The notes: generated by a model not told the origin, from the letters alone. Positions 51,473-61,080 are shown, numbered from the stretch's first letter. The stretch is 64,000 nucleotides of DNA from Gammaproteobacteria bacterium (GCA_965277715.1 OZ255836.1:64001-128000); one strand, 5' to 3'. A program made the numbers and translations.

Positions 51473-52354
51473 ATGATTAGATATGCCCATGTATCGGGCA
51501 AACCGATACGTTATTTACATATTCCCAGTGATCGCCCTGCCAGTCTTTTTATTCCTGGAAATCTCCAGGAAATTGAGCGGGTACAGTACTTTAGCGAAGG
51601 TTTGGCAAAACGATTCAACCTGTTTGTACTGGAACCCCCCGGCACCGGAATGACGGCAGCGCTGCACGCGGGTGTGCCCTTTAAAACCATTGCGGATTAT
51701 GTTCACGAGTTTGTGGCGCGTTATGTGGGCGAGAAACACCATCTTTGTGTGTTTTCGTATGCCACGCCCATTGGCATTGAGTATGTGCGTCGTTATCCCG
51801 AAAATATTCTGTCGGTCACCTTGGGTGGCAGTATGGCGGAAATACCCCCAGAACATAGAGACAGCACGATGGCAATACTGGCGGATGTAATTCGTGATAA
51901 ACGCGAATTTGCCCGGCGTTTTATTGATTTGTTGACCGTATCCTCGGCCAATATACCCCGACACTCGGCCATTTGCCGCGCCGCCTTGCAACGGGTAGGC
52001 CGTTATACCAATCAGCAAATCAACTGTTTTAAGGAAAATACCATTCGCATTCTGGCGTATCACTTTGAACCCCTTCGTATTACGGTGCCTGTGGTGTGTT
52101 TTACCGGTGCTAATGACCCTTATGTCACCACACACCGATGTCGCAAGCTGGCAGATCAATTAGGTGCGGAGTTTGCAGCTATCCCGTATGCGGATCACCT
52201 GATGCACATCGAACAGCCCGAAGCCACCTTGCAAGCGATGTTCAAGGCACCCGAGTTAGCGCGGATGGTATCGTGTCAACAGGCTCAAAAGCGGCAAACG
52301 CCAAAAAAAACCGAAAATCCGGCGCTTGCCGTGGCTACGAAAAATGAGCGCTGA
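51473..52354 (+). CDS. Alpha/beta-fold hydrolase
   Basis: PGTG, nucleophile elbow VFSYA, GANDP, ADHL. Confidence 0.78.
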   Translation: MIRYAHVSGKPIRYLHIPSDRPASLFIPGNLQEIERVQYFSEGLAKRFNLFVLEPPGTGMTAALHAGVPFKTIADYVHEFVARYVGEKHHLCVFSYATPIGIEYVRRYPENILSVTLGGSMAEIPPEHRDSTMAILADVIRDKREFARRFIDLLTVSSANIPRHSAICRAALQRVGRYTNQQINCFKENTIRILAYHFEPLRITVPVVCFTGANDPYVTTHRCRKLADQLGAEFAAIPYADHLMHIEQPEATLQAMFKAPELARMVSCQQAQKRQTPKKTENPALAVATKNER

Positions 52355-53168
52355 GTTGGGTGATTGATTCGCGCAAGATGCGAATCTGTGCGGGTTTGAG
52401 TTGGGTGATCAGGGGTAGCATAAGTGCTTCACGTTTATCTTGGGCATGACGGTAACGGGCAAAGTCCCGGTACGGACGCATCGAATCCAACAAGAAGGCC
52501 GTATCGTCAAGCTGGAAGTATACCTTCAACCAGGCACCAGCAACCGCCGGTATGGAGTATGGATCATTGATTGTCTCCAATCGACTATACTGACTGGTGG
52601 TTAAGTTCAGTGCCTTGGCCATGTTCGTCGGCGTGAGTTTTTGCTGTTTACGGAATTTGCGAAACTCAATGGCCAGTGAGTTGTAGTAGTCGTCGGCAAA
52701 GTCGTCGATACTGAGTGGTGCTGGAAAATCCGGTGATCGATCCGTAGGATTGAGCGTAGCGATAAGATCGGTGTGCCTGTCAATCTGTTTTATACTGCTG
52801 AGTATCAAAGATATATAGGCACAGAACTGTGCGTGATTACAACGCAGTAACAGCAAACTGAGTTGAATGGTATCGTCATCCAGTCCCGGCCAAACCGTGC
52901 GCACCTTGGAACCCAGATAAAAGGTGGACATAGAAACTCCGTTTAGCCAGGCATAAGCGGCCAGGATATGAATAGGGCGCTGAGACTGATTGCTGATTTT
53001 GAGATAGCGCTCCCATTGGCTGGTAGACATATCACTAAATTTAGCGGCAATATCTTTAGCACTACTTTGGCTCATACGCCGGATATAGACCATCGCATGA
53101 ACGATGGACTCGTTTAAACCGCTGAAAGCCTCAGCAATTTGCGCCAGGCGTTTGGTATCAATGCTCAT
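52335..53168 (-). CDS. Putative XRE-like regulator with two HTH-like domains
   Basis: RRMSQSSAKDIA...STSQWERY and RKQQKLTPTNMAKALNLTTSQYSRLE. Confidence 0.6.
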   Translation of the reverse strand: MSIDTKRLAQIAEAFSGLNESIVHAMVYIRRMSQSSAKDIAAKFSDMSTSQWERYLKISNQSQRPIHILAAYAWLNGVSMSTFYLGSKVRTVWPGLDDDTIQLSLLLLRCNHAQFCAYISLILSSIKQIDRHTDLIATLNPTDRSPDFPAPLSIDDFADDYYNSLAIEFRKFRKQQKLTPTNMAKALNLTTSQYSRLETINDPYSIPAVAGAWLKVYFQLDDTAFLLDSMRPYRDFARYRHAQDKREALMLPLITQLKPAQIRILRESITQLSAHFS

Positions 53169-53392
53169 AAAAATAGATTATAGGGCAAGGATAAATTGTT
53201 ATAAATCCAGCAACGTTACACTACTAAGATAGCACTACAGCCATAACATCAATAGTACCGACCACCCGCAGAAGGTGTTGCCTCAGTGTCCACACCAGAC
53301 ACGCAAAAGGTGACAAAAACTTGCACTTAACCCACCGCTGACCCGACCCAAAATGCCGCACCCTACTCACCTCTAATTAACTTGAGGTCAAC

Positions 53393-53530
53393 ATGGAGCC
53401 GGTATCCATCCTGTCGTATATAGACGATCCACCCCATTTTCTATTGTGGAGTGCTGACGAAATCGCCCCGCTGATGCTCGGCCTGGTGATCGGCATTCTC
53501 TCACAGGTCAGGCACTTTTATTGTGATTGA
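53393..53530 (+). pseudogene. traL: Truncated type IV conjugative transfer protein TraL
   Basis: MEPVSI...DDPPHFLLWSADEIAPLMLGLVIG (SXT/IncC-like), GAGG RBS, frameshift and truncation next to an IS. Confidence 0.75.
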
Positions 53531-53580
53531 GAGTGTGATATCGGCGATCTTGCCGTTGACGCTAAGTGATCCATCAGCAG

Positions 53581-55102
53581 CATCAGTGTTTCAAAATTCC
53601 TGGCTGTCGAGGTTTTAAATGCCTCACTAAGCTATGCATAATAGTTCTAAGAGACTTTCTTGTCATTATTGCATTTTGCAGAGAGCGGATGGTGAATGAG
53701 CATATACGGGTAATTCTAGCGTAAAAAAACAATGGATTAACAAAGCCGCCTTTTTTCTGGGCAATTTGTTGTCTCTTATCAAGCATTTTAGTGTATTTTT
53801 TATCAGATGGATGAATACATTCCAGGTTCTTTGTTTTTGATGTTTCTTCAAAAATACGCATGATATTATAGGCCATGGCAGTAAAACGCATTTGACTGTT
53901 CAGCGCATTCAGGTTTGAAGACCAGGCTTTTCTTTCGGTGAAATCACTTTTGCTATTGTTGAATGATTTTTCTATCGTCCAACGCTTGTAATAGAGCATA
54001 GCAATAGTGCCTGGGTTAATTGACTCTGGTAGCGTTGAAATAAATTGGTGTAATTGACCTGTTTCTGGGTCGCGGTATTTAACAATATGAAATTGGACCT
54101 TTTTATTTTTATATACACTATAGCCTTCAACCCCTGTATTAATTTCACTACCCTGGTCATAGGGTATAGAGTTGACAAAAGTTGCAACCGCATTTTCTTT
54201 GAGTACTGAAATCATAAAATTCTGATGCTGTTTTTGCTTTTCCCACCATGCATAATCAGTCACCGCCTTATCGTATATATAGAGATGCTTTTGCCAAGTC
54301 TCTTTTTCGCCACAACGTTGTTCAATATAAGAACGTAACGCGGGTATTTCCTGGTGCCGTTCAGTACCGTTAGTCACGACACAAAGTGGTCTTAGAAGTC
54401 CATTTCTGAGGTTCAAGGCATGAATAAAGCCTGCTGCGAAGACGTTGCCCTGACGATTTTTCTCTGTGTGACAAGCATGCTGTATAAAATGACCATCAGC
54501 TGCTTCTACTCGATATTCTTCAAGTTCAGGAAATTGTTTTAAATAATCAATGTCCAAAGAAGATAATTTCTCACTTTGCAGTTGATAGCTTTGCTTTTCC
54601 ATGGCTTGCATCATCTTCATCCGTCTTGTCGACTTCAATGCGTTAAAATAGCTTGAATGACAAATTGTCTCGTCGTATATTTCATCCGTAACCTGTAGAT
54701 AGTGACGACCACTATGTACAAGACTTATACAGCGAAGTAACCCATGGCGAGAAAAAGCTACATCATCAATGGCATCGCATGATCTTTTCCATAAAGGGAA
54801 GCGTTCAGCAGCAATTGCTTTTTCCATACTTATTTTACAGTGTTCGGTGATATATTCTTCAACGGTCATCATTTCGTTCATATTCAATTTGCCCATTTAA
54901 TCAGATATTAAATGGGTATTTTAAAAAAAATTCTGCTGGTGAATGCAAGTGTTTTTTTGGATAATTTTATTTATTTTATGAATTATAAAGCGTGTTATCG
55001 GTTTATAAAAAAACAGTACAAATTTTATAAAAAATACTATTTGTAGCTTATGGTGGTTCTTTTCAGGTGTTATTCATGTAGGATTCTAGTGGTACACCCA
55101 TG
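53581..55102 (-). mobile_element. IS4-family insertion sequence, copy 2
   Basis: Near-identical to 15326-16874 but lacks the 18 bp present at 16832-16849. Confidence 0.88.
53583..54896 (-). CDS. IS4-family DDE transposase (full length)
   Basis: AADG, YDKA, YYKRWTIEKSFNNSK (YREK). Confidence 0.88.
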   Translation of the reverse strand: MGKLNMNEMMTVEEYITEHCKISMEKAIAAERFPLWKRSCDAIDDVAFSRHGLLRCISLVHSGRHYLQVTDEIYDETICHSSYFNALKSTRRMKMMQAMEKQSYQLQSEKLSSLDIDYLKQFPELEEYRVEAADGHFIQHACHTEKNRQGNVFAAGFIHALNLRNGLLRPLCVVTNGTERHQEIPALRSYIEQRCGEKETWQKHLYIYDKAVTDYAWWEKQKQHQNFMISVLKENAVATFVNSIPYDQGSEINTGVEGYSVYKNKKVQFHIVKYRDPETGQLHQFISTLPESINPGTIAMLYYKRWTIEKSFNNSKSDFTERKAWSSNLNALNSQMRFTAMAYNIMRIFEETSKTKNLECIHPSDKKYTKMLDKRQQIAQKKGGFVNPLFFYARITRICSFTIRSLQNAIMTRKSLRTIMHSLVRHLKPRQPGILKH

Positions 55103-55244
55103 ATCTATCTTGGAACGTGTGTAACCTTTTGATCCGTTCGCGTAGTGACTGTCCGGGAGCATAATCGATAGCGCTTAACACACGCAAACAGTAGGTTGGT
55201 AAATCACATTCCTGATATGTATTAACTTGCACACAAGTAAATAC

Positions 55245-56562
55245 GGTTCTTCCCCGGTTTGTGTGAGGTTATAGTATTTCATCCTCCTTTGCTATTGAGA
55301 GACTCCGGTGCTATCGAGCCTTGAAGAACACTACAGCCAGCTCCTATGCCTGACAGATGACTGGTCAGTGACATCAGTTGATTTAGACCCTTCAGGGTTA
55401 AAAGTATCCATTTCGTTGGCGTTTAGCGGCAACCACGGCCCTTGCTCGCACTGTGGCGAAGTGAGTCCGTTCTATGATCACCGTTCACAAGAGCGATCCT
55501 GGAGACACCTGGATATTATGCAGTTTGAAACGCGCCTACACAGTCGCATTCCCCGAGTAAATTGTCTGGAGCATGGTGTTAAAAGTATGATGTTACCCTG
55601 GGCAAGCAAGCGCAGTCGTTTTACGTTGTTGTTTGAATTATTTTCCATCAGGGTGTTGCAAGCCTCACGTAGCGTCGAAGAGGCGCGTAAGTTACTGGGA
55701 CTTAGCTGGAACGCAGTGGAAGCCATCAAAGCCCGCGCTGTCGAACGGGGACTTTCGCGTCGGGAATTGGTGACAATTGAGTACCTGGGTATTGATGAGA
55801 AGTCCCACCGTAAAGGGCATGACTATGTGACGCTCATCAATGATATCGATGGAGGGCGAGTATTGGATGGAGTGAAAGATCGCACCCAGGCAGCTTGTGA
55901 GGAGGCGTTGGAGGTTGCGCTGACGGATAACCAGCGAGAACAGGTGAAAGCTGTCGCTATTGATAGGTGGCCTGCGTTCATTAATGCCGTTGAGGTAAAA
56001 CTGTCAGACAGTGCGATTGTTCACGACCGTTTTCCTATTAGCCAACACCTGAATAAGGCGGTGGATCAGGTCCGTCGTGACGAACATAGAGACCTTTTGT
56101 CACAGGGTGATACTCGATTGAAAAAGAGTCGTTATCACTGGTTAAAAAATGAAGAAAATTTGTCTAACAAAGCAGCCGAGCACTTTGAGTCACTCAAGCA
56201 TGATCAGTTATTGACAGCCCGAGCCTGGGCGATAAAAGAACTGTTTCGTGATTTTTGGACGTATAAGACAGCGGGTTGGGCAAAGCGTTTCTTTAGCGCA
56301 TGGTATGCGTGGGCAATTCGGTGCCGATTGGACAGCATAAAGAAAGTGGCCAAGATGATAAAAACGCACATGCCGAACATATTGACATGGTTTAAGCACA
56401 CAATAAGTAATGCCGTATCAGAGGGTTTGAATTCAAAAATTCAGACAGTCAAATCGAATGCAAGAGGGTTTCGTTCGTTTGAAAGTTACCGGCGGAGTAT
56501 TTTGTTTTACTGCGGAAAGCTGGATAGGGAACCAGTGGCTTCACAATAATCGGGGAAGAACC
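55245..56562 (+). mobile_element. ISL3-family insertion sequence with 8-bp target duplication
   Basis: TIR GGTTCTTCCCCG; TSD GTAAATAC at 55237-55244 and 56563-56570. Confidence 0.95.
55308..56549 (+). CDS. ISL3 transposase
   Basis: CSHC...WRHLD...C zinc finger, GIDE, AID, DRF, SEGLNSKI...RGF. Confidence 0.93.
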   Translation: MLSSLEEHYSQLLCLTDDWSVTSVDLDPSGLKVSISLAFSGNHGPCSHCGEVSPFYDHRSQERSWRHLDIMQFETRLHSRIPRVNCLEHGVKSMMLPWASKRSRFTLLFELFSIRVLQASRSVEEARKLLGLSWNAVEAIKARAVERGLSRRELVTIEYLGIDEKSHRKGHDYVTLINDIDGGRVLDGVKDRTQAACEEALEVALTDNQREQVKAVAIDRWPAFINAVEVKLSDSAIVHDRFPISQHLNKAVDQVRRDEHRDLLSQGDTRLKKSRYHWLKNEENLSNKAAEHFESLKHDQLLTARAWAIKELFRDFWTYKTAGWAKRFFSAWYAWAIRCRLDSIKKVAKMIKTHMPNILTWFKHTISNAVSEGLNSKIQTVKSNARGFRSFESYRRSILFYCGKLDREPVASQ

Positions 56563-56600
56563 GTAAATACATGGGGTCTAGCCTTTCTGATAAGCGCTTG

Positions 56601-57191
56601 TCAATGGTAGCTTCTTAACATACCCACCAAAATACCTTGAATGGTAACGCGCCCTGCCGCGTAGTACATCGGCTGCATATCGATGTTCTCCGGGATTAGT
56701 TCAATCTTTTCACTGACCTCCCCAAGGCGCTTTAGTGTCGCCTCGTGTTTATCAATCAGGGCGACGACAATGTCCCCACGCCGGGCAAAGTTTTGTTTTT
56801 GTACAATCACCGTATCGCCATCCATGATGCCCGCACCCGTCATCGATTCACCACGAATACGCAGTGCGTAGCGGTTGGGACCGGCAAAGTGGGTGGCCAT
56901 GTCCAGCGTCGTCGGCTCTTCAATCGCCTCGATAGGCTGTCCGGCAGCAATCGTGCCGAGCAAGGGGATACGCGTGTGTGTATGTTCAGTGTCTGCCAGC
57001 CGGATACCCCGCCAACCGGTTTGCTGCTGCACCAGGTGGCCTTTGTCAATTAAGCTGTGTATATAGCGGTGTGTCAGCGATCTGGCCTGCCCAAGTGCTC
57101 CGGCTATTTCGCTGATAGTGGGGCCTTGTTGATATTCGTTTTGGTAGTTTTCGAAGTATGCCAGCACGCGCTTTTCATTTTCTTTCAGCAT
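56601..57191 (-). CDS. lexA: SOS repressor LexA
   Basis: wHTH (PTISEIA), cleavage site IAAG, catalytic GESM and TLKR. Confidence 0.9.
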   Translation of the reverse strand: MLKENEKRVLAYFENYQNEYQQGPTISEIAGALGQARSLTHRYIHSLIDKGHLVQQQTGWRGIRLADTEHTHTRIPLLGTIAAGQPIEAIEEPTTLDMATHFAGPNRYALRIRGESMTGAGIMDGDTVIVQKQNFARRGDIVVALIDKHEATLKRLGEVSEKIELIPENIDMQPMYYAAGRVTIQGILVGMLRSYH

Positions 57192-57219
57192 TCTTGTTCA
57201 CTCGATTAATCGAAAACAT

Positions 57220-57248
57220 AGCATAGTGAATGTCCACCGAACGTTCAA
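57220..57248 (-). promoter_or_regulatory. lexA promoter containing a direct-repeat operator
   Basis: Minus strand TTGAAC-N17-TATGCT; spacer holds GTTC-N7-ATTC (57228-57242). Confidence 0.6.
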
Positions 57249-57269
57249 CATTTTTCAAACACTTTTATT

Positions 57270-57285
57270 CGGCGCAATTCTTGCT
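57270..57285 (+). promoter_or_regulatory. Putative sigma54 promoter upstream of parA
   Basis: CGGCGC-N5-TTGCT with correct GG/GC spacing. Confidence 0.45.
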
Positions 57286-57357
57286 GTAATCCGGCTTGTA
57301 TGGGCAGGGTGGTAAATCGATTAATTTAGAGTTGAGCAGGGGATAGATTTAAACGCG

Positions 57358-58164
57358 ATGAAGGTTTGGTCGGTTTGCAACCAGAAAGGTGGGGTGGGTA
57401 AAACCACTACGGTGGTGACACTGGCGGGGTTGCTGGCGCAGTCCGGTGCGACAACACTGTTGGTGGATCTCGATCCACACGGCTCTATGAGCAGTTATTT
57501 TGGTATTAACCCGGATGAGACTGAAGACAGTGTGTACGGTCTTTTTGAGCAGGGCGCCAATACGCTGAGTGTATTGGCGAATATAAGGAATACGGCATTT
57601 GAAGGTATTTCCCTACTGCCAGCCTCGACAGCACTGGCCACGCTGGACCGTCAAATGAGCACGCGCCCCGGTATGGGGCTTATCATAAAACAAGCCTTGA
57701 AACGGGTTGAGGCACACTTTGACTTTGTCATCCTCGACTGCCCGCCGGTGCTCGGTGTGCTGATGATTAATGCCCTGGTCGCCTGCCAGCAGTTGTTGGT
57801 GCCGGTGCAAACGGAGTTTCTCGCTCTAAAAGGGCTGGAGCGAATGCAGCGTACACTGTCGATGATCTGCGCATCGCGCACTATTGAGCCGCAGTGGATG
57901 ATTGTACCCACCCTATACGATCAGCGCACACGGGCTTCGGTGCAAACCCTGGCCACGTTGCGGCAACATTATTCACAGCGGATGTGGAATTCGATGATTC
58001 CGGTCGATACACGATTTCGCGATGCCGCTAAAGCGGGCAAACCACTATCTTATTTTGGTCGCCAGTTTCGCGGTGTGCAGGCGTATGCAGCGCTGTTGGA
58101 TTACCTGTTGATGGATGATATGCCACTTGCCAGAGAAGTTGCGCAGGTGGCCGAGTGCGGGTGA
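57358..58164 (+). CDS. ParA-family ATPase, chemotaxis-associated (ParC-like)
   Basis: NQKGGVGKTT, DLDPHGS, DCPP, PVQTEFLALKGL; upstream of cheW genes. Confidence 0.9.
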   Translation: MKVWSVCNQKGGVGKTTTVVTLAGLLAQSGATTLLVDLDPHGSMSSYFGINPDETEDSVYGLFEQGANTLSVLANIRNTAFEGISLLPASTALATLDRQMSTRPGMGLIIKQALKRVEAHFDFVILDCPPVLGVLMINALVACQQLLVPVQTEFLALKGLERMQRTLSMICASRTIEPQWMIVPTLYDQRTRASVQTLATLRQHYSQRMWNSMIPVDTRFRDAAKAGKPLSYFGRQFRGVQAYAALLDYLLMDDMPLAREVAQVAECG

Positions 58165-58874
58165 CCCTGTTCATGGTAAATAAACAGCCTTATCCCACAA
58201 CCTATACGCCAGCGCCTCCCGGTACGCGGGTAGTAGCCACGCAACATTTGGCATTGACTACCTACCTGGATGCTCTACTGGCTAAGGCAACAGAGCCGCC
58301 GGTGCGTGTGATGCCACGTACCTATCGATGTCAGGATAATATTGAGACGTTGTTTGATACGGCCTTATCTGAACCGCAACAACCTGACGATGTGCCCTCG
58401 AAAAAACATAATTTTGACTTACCCACAGCCTGCCTTCAGTTCAGCGTAGCGGGTATAGCGTATGCGCTACCGTTAATTGATATCTACCGTATCACACGCT
58501 GCACACAGCGAATAAGTGCAGTACCTGGCAGATTGGTCGGGTGCGTGGGCACGCTGGTTGAACAGGGAAAAAGAATCGAAGTACTCGACCTCCCGGTGTT
58601 GGTAGGTGGGTGTCAAAATAACGGCTTTAAAGACGAAAATGAAGCGATAGCACATTTACTACAGTTTGGTGGAGGTGGTTTGGCACTGATCGTGGATCAA
58701 CTGGGTGAGGTGATCAACGTGGGTGTGAAAGATATTCAATGGCCGATAGAAAACCATACTGATCGATGGCGGGCTGGCTTTATAAAACAAACGCTTACTA
58801 CACTACTGGACATTGATGGCCTGAGCCTGACGTTGGCTCAGGCACGCCACCGTTGCCCGCACGGTGTGCAATAA
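58161..58874 (+). CDS. CheW-domain protein (ParP-like)
   Basis: ALTTYLDALL N-terminus; CLQFSVAGIAYALPL CheW-like domain. Confidence 0.75.
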   Translation: MTLFMVNKQPYPTTYTPAPPGTRVVATQHLALTTYLDALLAKATEPPVRVMPRTYRCQDNIETLFDTALSEPQQPDDVPSKKHNFDLPTACLQFSVAGIAYALPLIDIYRITRCTQRISAVPGRLVGCVGTLVEQGKRIEVLDLPVLVGGCQNNGFKDENEAIAHLLQFGGGGLALIVDQLGEVINVGVKDIQWPIENHTDRWRAGFIKQTLTTLLDIDGLSLTLAQARHRCPHGVQ

Positions 58875-58943
58875 CGCTTACTTTGATTATTCAGGGTCAC
58901 TTTGTAGTGACTGATAAGTGATGAGCTTGGCGCAATGCCTGCC

Positions 58944-58959
58944 TGGCACAGTTGCTGCA
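58944..58959 (+). promoter_or_regulatory. Putative sigma54 promoter of cheW
   Basis: TGGCAC-N5-CTGCA. Confidence 0.45.
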
Positions 58960-58999
58960 GTTGCTGACCTCTATCAGTAATGTGTTACCAGTGGAGAAA

Positions 59000-59458
59000 A
59001 TGATGAACAATGTAGCTCAGCAGATTGCCGGCGCTTTTACCCAATGGGTAACATTCAGGCTTGATGGAGAAACGTATGGTGTCAATGTGATGGATGTTCA
59101 GGAGGTGCTGCGGGTTACAGATATTGCCCCAGTACCAGGGGCGCCTGATTTTGTACTCGGCATCATCAATTTACGCGGCAATGTAGTGAGTGTGCTCGAT
59201 ACACGGCGTCGGTTCGGTTTGCCGACAGTTGAAAACAGTGATGCTACGCGCATTATTATCATCGAATCGGGTGGGCAGACTGTGGGTATTCGTGTCGATG
59301 CGGTGGCGGAAGTGCTCGATGTCGATAGCAGCGATATTGAAACCTCACCGGATGTTGGTAACGATGAAGCGTCCAGGTATATTTCCGGCATGGTGAGCCG
59401 TGGTGATGAACTGGTCATTTTGATCGACGTCAATAAGATGATTTCGGGGGATCAGTAG
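59000..59458 (+). CDS. cheW: Chemotaxis adaptor CheW
   Basis: QWVTFRL...VQEVLR...PVPGAP...GIINLRG. Confidence 0.95.
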   Translation: MMNNVAQQIAGAFTQWVTFRLDGETYGVNVMDVQEVLRVTDIAPVPGAPDFVLGIINLRGNVVSVLDTRRRFGLPTVENSDATRIIIIESGGQTVGIRVDAVAEVLDVDSSDIETSPDVGNDEASRYISGMVSRGDELVILIDVNKMISGDQ

Positions 59459-59488
59459 CGCCATGAATGACTATAGAGGGCATACACA

Positions 59489-59914
59489 ATGACCACACTT
59501 GAATTGGGGGTTGTCGGTTTTACCTGCTTAATGCTGTTGGGGTGTATTGGCGTATTGTTTAAACTGCACCTGTGTTGGAAACACATTTATCAGCGTGAGG
59601 CACAACGCAATCAGGATTTTGAAAAATGCTGTAAAGAGCTGGAGATGCTGGCCTCGGGCAATATGGGAATAGGGCGGCATGTGGCGCGTATTGGGCGTGA
59701 TATGAATAGCCTGCGGGAAAAAGTTGAACGGCTCGATCAAATCCGCGTTGAACCTGTCGCCTACGATCAGGTTGCCCGCCTGGCGGGGCAGGGCACTGAT
59801 ATTAAAGATTTGGTGAGTGTGTTTGGTATTTCAGAAGCTGAAGCCGAATTGGTTATGAAATTAAACACCGATAGCGAAAAAATCCGTGGGTCTCTCTCCA
59901 CAACCACCCACTAA
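59489..59914 (+). CDS. DUF2802-like protein
   Basis: N-terminal TM, coiled coil, YDQVARLAGQG...GISEAEAEL; usual position after cheW. Confidence 0.8.
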   Translation: MTTLELGVVGFTCLMLLGCIGVLFKLHLCWKHIYQREAQRNQDFEKCCKELEMLASGNMGIGRHVARIGRDMNSLREKVERLDQIRVEPVAYDQVARLAGQGTDIKDLVSVFGISEAEAELVMKLNTDSEKIRGSLSTTTH

Positions 59915-60024
59915 TCCCTATTTTCTCAGATATTGATAAGCCTATTTAATTATCAGTATTTGCTTTTCCTTGTTAGTTGGTCTACTAGAGTAAGGAACGT
60001 TAACCACAATATGGAAGCCTTGCT

Positions 60025-60984
60025 ATGTTATTCATCACTAACCGATCACCACAGGGTTCAATCCGTACAAAAAAGGGTCGAGCATACAAATTTGATTTGA
60101 ATAAAAATTCACCATCAAATTCAGTTTATTATTGCGAACGACTGGGTAAAGACGACTATATTGAAATAGGGTCAAGTGAACTGATGTCAAAACTTAAGGA
60201 GAGTAGAGCACAGCAAATATTATTTTTTCTCCATGGTTTCTCTAATTTGCCTGAGCCGGATATATTTCCAAGAGTGGCGCAGTTACAGCGATACTTTGAT
60301 TTAAAAGAACCCGATTTAGTACAGGTGGTTCCATTAATATGGCCTTGTGATAATGATTTTGGCATTGTAAAAGATTACTGGGACGACCAGAAATCAGCAG
60401 ATAAAAGTGCGTTTTCATTCGCTCGTGTTCTACAGTTATTTATGGCGTGGAGAGATAAAACACCAGAAGATGAGCCGTGTCTTAAACGCATTAATATACT
60501 CGCTCACTCCATGGGGAATAGGGTATTTAGAGAAACGCTTTCAGTATGGAATCGATGCGATTTGGCAAACGGCGTTCCATTGCTGTTTAGAAACACCATT
60601 TTAATGGCGGCGGATATTGTTAACGAATCACTCGAAGACGGTCAAGAGGGCCTCTTGATCAGTCGTGTGTCTAGAAATGTGTCCGTATATTATGCATCTG
60701 ATGATCTTGCACTTAGGTCAAGTAAACTATCCAATTTGAAAAACAAGGTCGCTTCAAGGCGACTTGGGCACACCGGCCCTGAGGACATGAATAAAGTTAA
60801 ATCCAATGTCTATGCAATTGATTGCGACAATTTTAATAATAAATATGATAGGCCAAAAGGGCACGCCTATTTTTTGGGTGATGGGGGTGGTGAAGTTGGG
60901 CAGGTATTCGAGCATATGTTCAATACAATAAAGACAGGTAGGGTTTCTGTCGATGACAAAATAAATAGAAAACACATACTTTGA
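60025..60984 (+). CDS. Alpha/beta hydrolase (DUF900-like)
   Basis: FITNR, FLHGF, WP, AHSMG, MAAD, RLG. Confidence 0.85.
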   Translation: MLFITNRSPQGSIRTKKGRAYKFDLNKNSPSNSVYYCERLGKDDYIEIGSSELMSKLKESRAQQILFFLHGFSNLPEPDIFPRVAQLQRYFDLKEPDLVQVVPLIWPCDNDFGIVKDYWDDQKSADKSAFSFARVLQLFMAWRDKTPEDEPCLKRINILAHSMGNRVFRETLSVWNRCDLANGVPLLFRNTILMAADIVNESLEDGQEGLLISRVSRNVSVYYASDDLALRSSKLSNLKNKVASRRLGHTGPEDMNKVKSNVYAIDCDNFNNKYDRPKGHAYFLGDGGGEVGQVFEHMFNTIKTGRVSVDDKINRKHIL

Positions 60985-61040
60985 AGAACGCTAACATAAA
61001 TACGGTTAAAAAATACATTCACGAGCGTTATTGAAAGACA

Positions 61041-61080
61041 ACTCTCACCCCAACTCCTCTGCCTGAGGGTGAGGGGCTTT
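61041..61080. repeat. REP-like palindromic element
   Basis: CTCTCACCCCAACTCCTCTGCCTGAGGGTGAGGGGCT. Confidence 0.5.

Noticed and set aside
15326-55102. Bona fide composite transposon
   Set aside because: No outer target duplication, and the interval contains housekeeping trpEG
55103-55244. imuA or other SOS gene after lexA
   Set aside because: Reconstructed empty-site frames show no recognisable motif
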